From Thermoplasmata archaeon (lineage in GTDB: Archaea; Thermoplasmatota; Thermoplasmata; Halarchaeoplasmatales; Halarchaeoplasmataceae): a stretch of 64,000 nucleotides of DNA. This document shows positions 55,714-64,000 of the stretch, piece by piece. The stretch's first letter is position 1, and every line of letters begins with the position of its first letter. A program made the translations under genes and the position numbers. The notes under the pieces are model-generated. The model made no database searches and was not told the origin of the DNA. It saw only the letters and a list, made by a program, of their open reading frames with translations. The stretch spans positions 4,315 to 68,314 of the forward strand of contig JAWOAU010000011.1 of assembly GCA_046498385.1 (NCBI GenBank), read 5' to 3'.

Positions 55714-56869
55714 AGAAGATTTCGACTTAGAGAAGGTAAAAAAGGTATTGGGTGCCAAGCAGCAGTTCATCCACGGCGATGCAGCCGTTTGCTACGGTGC
55801 ACTATTGGCGGGGTGCACTTTCTTCGGCGGATATCCCATAACACCGGCTTCTGAGATAGCCGAGATGATGTCAAGACTGCTACCCAAGGTCAGTGGTAGA
55901 TATATCCAGATGGAGGACGAGTTGGCGAGTATGGCATCGATCATCGGATCTTCGTGGACAGGTGCCAAAGCCATGACTGCAACCAGTGGACCCGGTTTTT
56001 CCCTTATGCAGGAGAATATAGGTTTCGCTGCTATGAGTGAAACACCAGTTGTTGTTGCTAATGTTCAAAGATCGGGGCCGTCTACAGGTCAGCCTACGTT
56101 GGGGGCACAGGGAGATGTCATGCAGGGCAGGTACGGCTCTCACGGTGATTATCATCCCATAGTTTTATCTCCTAACACTATCCAAGAGACCGTAGAATTA
56201 ACGATCAGAAGTTTCAATCTTGCAGAGGAGTACAGGACACCTGTTTTCTTGTTCATTAGTGCCGATTTGGGCCACATGAGAGAGATGATAGAGATACCAG
56301 ATGAAGTAGACCTATTTTACAGGAAGGAACCTAAGGTCCGTCCGGATGAGTATATACCCTTCGGAGAAGGTAATTACGGTAAGAAGAAAGTCCCTGAATT
56401 CGCCCCGTTCGGCACAGGGTACAGAACTTACGTTACTGGTTTGACACACGATGAACACGGATTCCCTGCAACGGATGACCAAGAAGATCACGACAAGCTG
56501 ATTCGAAGACAGATGGAGAAGGTCACCGATGATAGGGAGATATTAACGGATATCGAAGAGAGAAACATCGATGATGCAGATATAGCTATACTATCATACG
56601 GTATAGCTAGCAGGAGTGCGTTAGGTGCGGTTAACAAAGCGAGGAGACAAGGCAACAAGGTGGGCTATTTTAGGCTTAAAACACTTTGGCCGTTCCCTAT
56701 AAAAGCTGTAGAAGAGCTTTCAACAAAAGTAGACAAGATAGTTGTTGCGGAGATGAATACAGGCATGCTGTATCATAAAGTCAACGAATACGCTGATTGC
56801 AAGGTCGTTCTTGCCAGTGAGATCGGTGGAGAACTACACAAACCCGACGAGATATTGGAGGTGATCTGA
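55706..56869 (+). CDS. 2-oxoacid:ferredoxin oxidoreductase alpha subunit (paralog 2)
   Basis: The motifs GDAAVCYGALLAGCTFFGGYPITPASEI...TSGPGFSLMQENIGFA are present. The track ORF starts at 55676. The chosen start is MNEEDFD, overlapping the delta stop. Confidence 0.88.
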   Translation: MNEEDFDLEKVKKVLGAKQQFIHGDAAVCYGALLAGCTFFGGYPITPASEIAEMMSRLLPKVSGRYIQMEDELASMASIIGSSWTGAKAMTATSGPGFSLMQENIGFAAMSETPVVVANVQRSGPSTGQPTLGAQGDVMQGRYGSHGDYHPIVLSPNTIQETVELTIRSFNLAEEYRTPVFLFISADLGHMREMIEIPDEVDLFYRKEPKVRPDEYIPFGEGNYGKKKVPEFAPFGTGYRTYVTGLTHDEHGFPATDDQEDHDKLIRRQMEKVTDDREILTDIEERNIDDADIAILSYGIASRSALGAVNKARRQGNKVGYFRLKTLWPFPIKAVEELSTKVDKIVVAEMNTGMLYHKVNEYADCKVVLASEIGGELHKPDEILEVI

Positions 56870-56871
56870 AG

Positions 56872-57744
56872 ATGGTTTCAGAGAATAAAACTAAGAACGT
56901 AGACGTAGCTAGCGGTGAAAAGATAAGGGAAAAATACCTGAGAAAGGAGATGATGCCGCATATATTCTGCAACGGATGCGGTCTAGGTAATGTACTGGAT
57001 TACACACTCTGGGCCATAGAAAAGGAAGGCCTCGATATGGATAACACGGTCTTCCTATCCGGCATCGGCTGCTCTTCCAGGATACCGGGCTATGTGAAAG
57101 TCGATGCACTTCACACGACTCACGGCAGAGCACTAGCATTTGCTACTGGGGTCAAAGTAACAAATCCAGAGCTGAGCGTAGTCGTTTTCACCGGCGATGG
57201 TGATTGCATCGGTATAGGTGGAAATCACTTCATCCACGCCGTTAGAAGAAATATCGATCTGACCGTTATAGTGGTCAACAATTTCATCTATGGGATGACT
57301 GGAGGACAGGTTGCTCCGACGACGCCCGAAGGAGATTATGCAACTACTGCACCTTACGGTTGTATCGAACCCCCATTCGATATAAGCAAGATGGCGATTG
57401 CAGCTGGGGCATCATACGTTGCTAGATGGCCTGTTAACCGACCTAATCAACCAATCAACTCTATACGTCAGGGGCTTCAGAATAAAGGGTTCAGCTTAAT
57501 CGAGATGCTTTCACCATGTACGACAGCATACGGAAGGCGTAACAAATTCAGAGAGATCAAGGACCTTTGGAATCACTACGAAGAGATAACTATACTTACT
57601 GAAGATTACGATATGATCATGAAGTATGGTAGTGAAGAAGAGAAGAAGGAGATCAAAGATAAGATAAAAATCGGGGTGCTGCACAACGAGAGTAAGATAT
57701 CTTTAGGTGAAAGGTACGAAGAACTATTGGAGAGATTTAAATGA
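56872..57744 (+). CDS. 2-oxoacid:ferredoxin oxidoreductase beta subunit (paralog 2, TPP-binding)
   Basis: The motifs FCNGCGLG...GIGCSSR...FTGDGDCIGIGGNHFIHAVRRN are present. Confidence 0.88.
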   Translation: MVSENKTKNVDVASGEKIREKYLRKEMMPHIFCNGCGLGNVLDYTLWAIEKEGLDMDNTVFLSGIGCSSRIPGYVKVDALHTTHGRALAFATGVKVTNPELSVVVFTGDGDCIGIGGNHFIHAVRRNIDLTVIVVNNFIYGMTGGQVAPTTPEGDYATTAPYGCIEPPFDISKMAIAAGASYVARWPVNRPNQPINSIRQGLQNKGFSLIEMLSPCTTAYGRRNKFREIKDLWNHYEEITILTEDYDMIMKYGSEEEKKEIKDKIKIGVLHNESKISLGERYEELLERFK

Positions 57745-58283
57745 GGAAGAATATACGATTGTGTGGAAGCGGTGGTCAGGGCATTATGACTGCAGGTTAT
57801 ATCCTTGGAAAAGCAGCATCGGTTTTCCATGACTACAATGCCGTACAGATGCAGAGCTATGGCCCAGAAGCGAGGGGAGGGGCGGCCCGTTCTGAAGTAG
57901 TTATATCCGACCGTGAGATCGGATACTGTGGATTACCTAGTACTGACAATATGATGGTGATGTCTCAACCCGCTTGGGACAAGTACCACAAGGACCTTAC
58001 AGAGGAATCTATCGTTGTATTGGACCCGGACCTAGTTGTCAATTATGATTTCGAAAATGTCATAGAGATTCCAGCCACCCAGATGGCTGAGGACCTGGGT
58101 AATAAGATCGTGGCAAATATTGTCATGATCGGCGGATTCAACGCTGTTACAAAGCTGGTTCCCGACGAGGCATTGGAGGAATCCGTCAAGGACAGCGTAC
58201 CCAAACAATTCACGGAATTGAACTTTAACGCCCTGAAGAGGGGAAGGGACTACGTTACCAGTCACCACACCAAGAAGGATTGA
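57741..58283 (+). CDS. 2-oxoacid:ferredoxin oxidoreductase gamma subunit (paralog 2)
   Basis: The motifs LCGSGGQGIMTAGYILGKAA...SYGPEARGG are present. Confidence 0.85.
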   Translation: MRKNIRLCGSGGQGIMTAGYILGKAASVFHDYNAVQMQSYGPEARGGAARSEVVISDREIGYCGLPSTDNMMVMSQPAWDKYHKDLTEESIVVLDPDLVVNYDFENVIEIPATQMAEDLGNKIVANIVMIGGFNAVTKLVPDEALEESVKDSVPKQFTELNFNALKRGRDYVTSHHTKKD

Positions 58284-60247
58284 CCTATCAGTATAACAAT
58301 GGTCAATATGATGGTACATACCATCAACACTCTGCCAAGGGCGAATTTAAATTCCGTAGGATCGGATTGGTACTTTATTCCCACCGAAAAATAGGTGATC
58401 ACCGCACTCATAGTTAGTAAATACCCCGCTATAACAAGGGTAAATTCGTAGGGAGTTATTATCCCCTGACCCGAGATGTCCATAAACACTCTATATAACA
58501 TTGAATAAAGGGCCACTATTATACCCATGACCACGGGAGCGAAGAACATGGATGTGGCTTCCATCATCTCCACCGATTGGACCAGCTCCGAACGTATATC
58601 CTTTTCCATCTCCTGCATATCCTTGAGATACTCGGAATTTTGTAATATGATGGTACCTGCGGATGGTGGACTCTTTTGAGAGACGGATATCACGGATTTC
58701 ATACTGGCTTTGATCGTCCTAGAGGGGTGTGAGTTCAAGATCCCTTTGTTTCCAAAGAGGGCATCTTTTAAAGGCATCCTTTTTAATCTCGTTAAGGTGG
58801 TTATGTTTTTAAACAAGTTTCCGGCCTTGGAGCCGCTCATGCTTTTTCCGGTCTCTTCTATGGATTTTTCTAGGGATTTCCCCTCGGCCATCCTGCTCCC
58901 CAGCTGAAAAAGTGCATCGGGAAATTCTTTCTCCAGTTCCAATATCTCCATCCTTTGCTTTCTTTGTTTCCAGGAACTACTTATAAGGTAGTAAGAGACT
59001 GCAAGGACGGGAGCCCATATCCAGGGCAGGGGCATCAAAAATTCCAGTTGAGTGCGAAATAACCATACTAATATTAGTCCCGAAACAAGGATCGCCGACG
59101 GTATATAGTATGCAGTTTTCTCATCAGTGTCCATGGACGGTAAAACAGTGGTGCCAGGGCGGTTGATCAATATCTTATATGAATAAACAAATGCACCGAA
59201 GGGTATCAGTATGTTCATCAGAAGGACCACGTGGGCCAGTTTCAGACCACCGGTCTGTTCAGCCTGTTCTTGGTATATTGAGGTCAAATCCAGACCACCT
59301 AGGGTCATCATAGGCATCATGGCGCCGATTATAAGGGGCAGTAAGATACCTAGGGCAAAAAGTATGGTAGTGGGTGTTTTAAGAGAATTGGAAAAGTCCC
59401 GTATCTTTTGCTTTGTTCCTGTTGTTATGATGTCGTTGGCACGTTGAAGGGTGGCCTCTAGTCCTTCTTGGGTATTTTCCAATACAGACGAACGGATAAC
59501 ATAAAGTGATCTTTTTAGGTCGTCGTTCCATTCGCCCCATTCGCCCGCAAGGGCTATGATTGAGTCCTCCAAACTGCTCCTCTGCCTCAGATACACTTCC
59601 CAAATGGCTTTTTTTAGCCTTGATGCCAGGGGTTCGTCTACATTATTCGCCGCAAACAATATCGCATTGTGCAGTGACGGATGTGCCCTCATGGACATGG
59701 TCATGTAATTTATCCCTTCGGGGGCGGAACCTATTGTTTTGGCTTTGAGCTGTTGCGATCTGATCTCAGGATAATTGGCTAAATAGACGAGCACGCCCAT
59801 GGGAGCGGCCAAAAATAATGGTATCACCCACAATAGGACGGATATAAAGCTTAACCCGTAGGTCAGGTGGAATATGGATACTATGACTAATAATATCATA
59901 AAGGTTACAAATGCTCCGAAGACGGAGAGCAGCATTATTTCTTCTTCCTCAACATCGTAACCTATGAATTCCGCGGTACGATCGAACTCCGCTTTGGTGT
60001 AGGAACGTTGAATAACTTTGTATTTTTTTGATTTTTTCTCTTTTTCTTTTAAGCACTTTTTGTATTCCAAAGAATCCTTTCCATGCAGCACCAGTGCCTG
60101 GACTAGGTCCCTTTCAGCATCCTTTAGTTTCCGACGGGCTTCAAGGTATTTTTCCTTTTTTTCCTTTCTCTTTTCTATTATCTCTACCCGTGATGCTCCA
60201 AACCTTTTGTTTACTGCCTTGCAGAGTTTGATATATTGATCAGACAT
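58262..60247 (-). CDS. Archaeal type IV pilus/archaellum-type membrane platform protein (FlaJ/TadC/PilC-like) with an N-terminal coiled-coil extension
   Basis: About 9 transmembrane helices and two cytoplasmic T2SS-F-like domains are present. The N-terminal 100 aa are K/E-rich and precede the first transmembrane helix. The gene follows the ATPase gene. Confidence 0.7.
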   Translation of the reverse strand: MSDQYIKLCKAVNKRFGASRVEIIEKRKEKKEKYLEARRKLKDAERDLVQALVLHGKDSLEYKKCLKEKEKKSKKYKVIQRSYTKAEFDRTAEFIGYDVEEEEIMLLSVFGAFVTFMILLVIVSIFHLTYGLSFISVLLWVIPLFLAAPMGVLVYLANYPEIRSQQLKAKTIGSAPEGINYMTMSMRAHPSLHNAILFAANNVDEPLASRLKKAIWEVYLRQRSSLEDSIIALAGEWGEWNDDLKRSLYVIRSSVLENTQEGLEATLQRANDIITTGTKQKIRDFSNSLKTPTTILFALGILLPLIIGAMMPMMTLGGLDLTSIYQEQAEQTGGLKLAHVVLLMNILIPFGAFVYSYKILINRPGTTVLPSMDTDEKTAYYIPSAILVSGLILVWLFRTQLEFLMPLPWIWAPVLAVSYYLISSSWKQRKQRMEILELEKEFPDALFQLGSRMAEGKSLEKSIEETGKSMSGSKAGNLFKNITTLTRLKRMPLKDALFGNKGILNSHPSRTIKASMKSVISVSQKSPPSAGTIILQNSEYLKDMQEMEKDIRSELVQSVEMMEATSMFFAPVVMGIIVALYSMLYRVFMDISGQGIITPYEFTLVIAGYLLTMSAVITYFSVGIKYQSDPTEFKFALGRVLMVCTIILTIVILIGQSFLVW

Positions 60248-61961
60248 ATCTCGTCCTCATTTCGTACCATTCCATCCACTCTTTTTTTATCTCCTCATGT
60301 GAACCGGTTCCGTGATACTCCTCCACCAGATTCCAAAACTTGTCGTTGGTTTCCGAAACCCATGATGGACTTAGGAGATCCATTCCTTTCTTTTTCGACG
60401 TCTCTACCATCTTCGCTCTTAGGTCTGAACGCAAGTTGATATTCTCTATGGCTTGCTCATAGGTGATCGCCCATGACCGGGCGATGTGACCTATACGCTC
60501 GGAGTCTCTTTTCAATGTATTCGTGCTCTTTAGACCGTTGTCATAACGCATAAGGTCTGTAAAGGTACCTTCCTCGTATTCGGAGACATGTGTCAAGGTT
60601 CTTATCCTTCGCTGGGTTCCCCCTGGACGTATCATCCCGGCTATAAGCACTAAGTCCGTTGCGGAGAAGCTCTCCTCTGATATACCCATATCGAAGACCA
60701 CCCTTTCATAGACCGCATCCGGGGAGTCGCCGTGTATGGTCCCCATCACCGCACTTCCCGCGGTGCCGGCCCTCATAGCCTCGTATAGGGTTCTGGCTTC
60801 CTTACCTCTAACCTCACCAAGTACTAGGGATGATTCCCCGAGGCGTAAAGATACCCGCAGGGCATCGTCGGCGGTCATCTCGTTCTTTTCAAGAAGGGAA
60901 CCCACCGTTAGACTCTGTATGTTGTAACCCAACTGCTGCATGGTACGGGAAGGGAGTTCCCGAGTATCTTCGATGGTGAGTATCCGCTGACTTCTGGGGA
61001 ATTCCATCATCAACGCACTGAGTATAGATGTCTTACCCGCACCTCTGCTGCCTGCTACAAGTAAGGTACTTCGCCCGTCGACAAGAAAGGAAAGCAAACC
61101 TGCGGCTAGGGGTGTCATGCTCCCCACCCTGATCAGCTTCGGTAAGGTCCATGGTTCCTTGTTTCTTCTTCTGAGGGCCAAAGCGATCCCTTCCTGGCTC
61201 AAAGGTCTGCCGATGGCGGTAATACGGGTCTCGAACTCTTTTAAATTAGTTTCCAATACCGGGAATGCCTCGGAGAAGGGCTTTCCGCTTTCGGCCCTGA
61301 ACCGGGCCAACATACTCTCCACTTCTTCGTTGGTCAGATATATGTTAGTCCTGCATTTGTCCCTTATATCCGGTACACCCCCGAGCTCAACGTAAACGTT
61401 ATTGTCCTCCGAAGGGGCATCGATATAGATGTCCTGTACATGGGGGTCCCTTAACAGGGTTTCCACGACGCCATAGCCTGCGGTGTATTTTGTCAGTATG
61501 TCTACCAACACCTGAATGTCACTTGCAGTTTCTTCCCTGTTATCCTCCAAGGATATATCCAATTTTTCCGATGTCTTACTTATCATCTGTTTGCCTATGG
61601 ACTTGATGTACCTCCGTACCCCTTCGGTCGATGAAAGATCGGCCTTGATAGATGAATGGGCGTATAGGTTATCCATCACCTCGTTTAGTAGGACGTAGTA
61701 TTTCTTATCGAGGGTATATTCGTTGGGGGCGATGTAGTAATAATCATCGGTGCTATTTTTATCTCTGTACAAAGACACCTTGGTGTGCTTGATATAATAT
61801 TCTAGAACTTTTTCCAGATATTCGGGCAGTTTTATCGTCACCCAGGTGTAGGAAAAGCTGGGTCTCAATTCTCTTTCTCTCTCAGATATCTTTAGGATGC
61901 CGTTGAAAAACCGGTCGCCCCTTATATTTCCTATCTCCTTTACCTGCTCTGCGAAATTCAT
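60240..61961 (-). CDS. Type II/IV secretion-family ATPase (FlaI/ArlI/TadA/PilB-like) for archaeal type IV pilus assembly
   Basis: Walker A is LVAGSRGAGKTS, Walker B is LVLGEVRG, and His-box-like TIHG is present. The protein is 573 aa. Confidence 0.8.
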   Translation of the reverse strand: MNFAEQVKEIGNIRGDRFFNGILKISERERELRPSFSYTWVTIKLPEYLEKVLEYYIKHTKVSLYRDKNSTDDYYYIAPNEYTLDKKYYVLLNEVMDNLYAHSSIKADLSSTEGVRRYIKSIGKQMISKTSEKLDISLEDNREETASDIQVLVDILTKYTAGYGVVETLLRDPHVQDIYIDAPSEDNNVYVELGGVPDIRDKCRTNIYLTNEEVESMLARFRAESGKPFSEAFPVLETNLKEFETRITAIGRPLSQEGIALALRRRNKEPWTLPKLIRVGSMTPLAAGLLSFLVDGRSTLLVAGSRGAGKTSILSALMMEFPRSQRILTIEDTRELPSRTMQQLGYNIQSLTVGSLLEKNEMTADDALRVSLRLGESSLVLGEVRGKEARTLYEAMRAGTAGSAVMGTIHGDSPDAVYERVVFDMGISEESFSATDLVLIAGMIRPGGTQRRIRTLTHVSEYEEGTFTDLMRYDNGLKSTNTLKRDSERIGHIARSWAITYEQAIENINLRSDLRAKMVETSKKKGMDLLSPSWVSETNDKFWNLVEEYHGTGSHEEIKKEWMEWYEMRTRYV

Positions 61962-61965
61962 GTAT

Positions 61966-62466
61966 TCACCCTATTATTCCGTAGGCCTTATGTTTAACAT
62001 CATTTGATATGGTAATAAATTTACCACCTATGCGTTCAAGGTCCTCCTTGGTTGTTTTACGGCATTTCGGACAATCATCGGCTTTCATCAAGTTGAAAGC
62101 TATTTTTTTGTAGGTTTTAAAAAGTTCTTGGGGGTCCTTTTTTATCTTGTTGTCAAGTTCACTGAATAATATCTTCGGGGATACCTTGCAATCCTTGCAT
62201 TTACTTTCATTCGTTTTTCTCAATGACAATCTTTTCAATTCTCTAGATAGTGTACCCAAGTTGCTTAAAATCCGCACCGCATCGCCCTTTATCATGGTTT
62301 CTTTATGGTCTGAAAATATGATATTGTCTATGTTATATTCCATGGACATCATGCTCACAATTTGCGGGTAGCATCTTTTCAGGTCGAAATCCACTTCACA
62401 CTCTATGCAGTTAACGATGATTCTCCTGCCGCTGGGTTTTTCTTTAACATCATAATCACATTTCAT
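61966..62466 (-). CDS. Cys-rich hypothetical protein (several CxxC pairs) leading the pilus ATPase operon
   Basis: The pairs CIEC, CKDC and CPKC are present. The protein is 166 aa, and its stop lies 4 nt before the ATPase start. Confidence 0.45.
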   Translation of the reverse strand: MKCDYDVKEKPSGRRIIVNCIECEVDFDLKRCYPQIVSMMSMEYNIDNIIFSDHKETMIKGDAVRILSNLGTLSRELKRLSLRKTNESKCKDCKVSPKILFSELDNKIKKDPQELFKTYKKIAFNLMKADDCPKCRKTTKEDLERIGGKFITISNDVKHKAYGIIG

Positions 62467-62566
62467 ATGATCAACGCCATGACATTTGAGCAGACACTAG
62501 AATAATATAAAAGGCTTGCTATTCTGAGGACGGTAACATTTTTATCTTATGACTTAATCCACCGTA

Positions 62567-62866
62567 TTGATTATCATGTATGCAGTATTCGAAGTTCCCG
62601 GGGATAAAAAAGACATAGTACCTAAGGTACTCTCCGATGAGTTGGTAAGCAGACAGAGTTCCAGTGTTAGAGATGGTGAAAGTCTGGGATTTGAGGATGG
62701 AACTACCTACGCTTTGATCGAGGGTATGGAAGAAGGTGTAGGGAAGGCCGAGGAACTCTTCAAAGAGAACGATATAGAAGCGATGGAAGACGATAAAGAA
62801 GTCTACGAAGCCATCAAAGCAGCCGACGAGGATGCAGCAGCAGGTGTTGGCACTATCTTCGGATGA
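62567..62866 (+). CDS. Small highly acidic hypothetical protein (about 96-99 aa)
   Basis: It is a stand-alone ORF in a divergent intergenic region. Its sequence runs MYAVFEVPGDKKDIVPKV...EAIKAADEDAAAGVGTIFG. Confidence 0.35.
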   Translation: MIIMYAVFEVPGDKKDIVPKVLSDELVSRQSSSVRDGESLGFEDGTTYALIEGMEEGVGKAEELFKENDIEAMEDDKEVYEAIKAADEDAAAGVGTIFG

Positions 62867-63083
62867 ATGTTTTGTGTGCAGGATCCCATCCTTTCGGTTC
62901 TACTAGAACGTACTTCCACTTACCCGGAAGGATACGGCAGTTATCGCACAACGGATTGTTATACCTCCCACTATAATCGGCGGAGTCGATTAGCTTTTTA
63001 TAAAAAGCCCGATAAACGATCCAAATGTTTTTAGTTTCATGGGAAACTGTTATATAGGATAGTTTCGTAGGAAACTTGTTTCT

Positions 63084-64000
63084 ATGAAATACGACCCATC
63101 AGATCCGGAAAAGGATGAACAATCCGTTCACCTAGGAAAATTTCACCGGCTTAAAGATATAATGTCTCAACCAAAAAAGGATGAGATAATCGAAGGCAAT
63201 ATCGTTCTTGTTATGTTCAAACTCGCTTGGCCCCTTATGATATCTTCTTTCCTCATGACCCTATACAATCTGGTGGATACCATATGGCTCGGAAGGCTCC
63301 CGGGAGAGGAAGCACGGTACTCTGTTGGTGCCATGGGTATGTCCTGGTCTGTTGTATTCTTGATGATGGGTCTGGGAATGGGCTTTGGAATAGCGGCTCT
63401 CGCTCTGATATCGCAACATACTGGCGCTAAACAGTTCGAGGAAGCGAATCGGGATGCGGGACAGCTTTACATATTGGCGATCCTGTTCTCCATGGTTGTA
63501 GGGGTCATTGGTTATCTGTTAACTCCGTTTTTTCTGGATTTCTTGACGGGGTCCGGTGCGGAAGCTGCTGCCCTAGCAAGTTACGGGACCCAATATCTAC
63601 AGATCATATTCCTGGGTCTGCCTTTCATGTTCATGTTCTTTTCCTTTTCCTTCATACTACGGGGTTGGGGGGATACTATCACACCCATGATTATCACGGC
63701 GGTTTCGGTATTCATAAACATAATATTGGACCCGATACTGATCTTCGGCTTCGGACCCATACCCAAGATGGGAATCCAAGGGGCGGCTATTGCTACTGTA
63801 GCAACCAGGGGTATAGGCGCATTGATCGGATTATATCTTCTTTTCCATGGCAACCTGGGTATCAGACTCAAATTATCATATCTCATACCGGACTTTACCA
63901 AGATAAAAAAGCTGTTGTCCATCGGGATTCCCGCATCCCTGGGCCGTGAAGGCAGCGCCATGGGGTTCATACTGATATGGTACTTTATAAACCGTTTACC
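63084..64000 (+). CDS. MATE-family (MatE/NorM-like) multidrug/oligosaccharide efflux transporter; the N-terminal 305 aa are present and the gene runs off the window end (partial)
   Basis: Manual translation from ATG 63084 is open to position 64000. The segments LAWPLMISSFLMTLYNLVDTIWLGRLPGEEA...QGAAIATVATRG match MATE transporters. Confidence 0.7.
   Translation, partial: MKYDPSDPEKDEQSVHLGKFHRLKDIMSQPKKDEIIEGNIVLVMFKLAWPLMISSFLMTLYNLVDTIWLGRLPGEEARYSVGAMGMSWSVVFLMMGLGMGFGIAALALISQHTGAKQFEEANRDAGQLYILAILFSMVVGVIGYLLTPFFLDFLTGSGAEAAALASYGTQYLQIIFLGLPFMFMFFSFSFILRGWGDTITPMIITAVSVFINIILDPILIFGFGPIPKMGIQGAAIATVATRGIGALIGLYLLFHGNLGIRLKLSYLIPDFTKIKKLLSIGIPASLGREGSAMGFILIWYFINRL

Noticed and set aside
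63581-63970. The minus 129-aa and plus 94-aa ORFs near the window end
   Set aside because: They are out of frame with or antisense to the MATE transporter CDS, which is open from 63084 to the window end.
1-64000. CRISPR arrays, IS elements or transposases, integrases, prophage genes, rRNA
   Set aside because: No short regularly spaced direct repeats, no transposase or integrase-like ORFs and no rRNA-like segments were found on reading both strands. The only island-like feature is the tRNA-flanked GLUG gene, which lacks an integrase.

Overview
This window is a gene-dense stretch of an archaeal chromosome, probably from an anaerobic euryarchaeon, with about 47% GC and many acidic proteins. Several genes use Shine-Dalgarno-like GGAGGT/GGTG motifs before the start codon. 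Archaeal hallmarks present are radA, archease, transcription factor S (TFS), an RNA polymerase D subunit (RpoD) carrying an Fe-S insert, the S13-S4-S11-rpoD gene order, the CTP-dependent FAD synthetase RibL, and PF07790-like archaeal type IV pilin signal peptides. I found no rRNA, CRISPR array, transposase or obvious prophage.

Main content, in order along the window:
- Positions 1-11.9 kb carry two tandem, paralogous giant (about 1,800 and about 2,150-2,200 aa) acidic secreted proteins on the minus strand. Both have archaeal type IV pilin-like (class III) signal peptides. The second has a vWA (MIDAS) domain and many N-x-S/T sequons. They sit divergently next to genes for a WbpB-like UDP-sugar 3-dehydrogenase and a WbpD-like hexapeptide acetyltransferase.
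- Positions 12-16 kb carry a TPR protein, TFS, a GNAT acetyltransferase and a winged-HTH protein with a degenerate P-loop.
- Three tRNAs are present: Ser-GCU, Leu-GAG and Ile-GAU. A GLUG-repeat secreted protein lies between two convergently oriented tRNAs.
- Further genes are the rps13-rps4-rps11-rpoD cluster, a first four-subunit 2-oxoacid:ferredoxin oxidoreductase (OFOR) operon, prs, hypB, an XPD helicase, a cysteine synthase, an OsmC-family protein, a family-4 uracil-DNA glycosylase (UDG), hypF, radA, archease and the riboflavin operon ribB-ribL-ribC-ribH.
- A 12.7-kb, 13-gene plus-strand redox supercluster spans 45550-58283. It contains a double-domain hdrA, mvhD, an FeS protein, an AsrA/HydB-like and an AsrB/HydG-like NAD(P)H-module, hdrC, hdrB, an SdhB/TfrB-like and an SdhA/TfrA-like subunit, and a second four-subunit OFOR. 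I read this as a Flx-like NAD(P)H:Hdr bifurcating module coupled to a soluble thiol- or Hdr-linked fumarate reductase and a 2-oxoacid oxidoreductase.
- An archaeal type IV pilus assembly locus (ATPase, FlaJ/TadC-like platform and a Cys-rich small protein) is followed by a MATE transporter that runs off the window end.

Most novel-looking: the tandem giant pilin-like vWA adhesin pair with its adjacent glycan genes, and the composite Hdr-Flx-fumarate reductase-OFOR operon.
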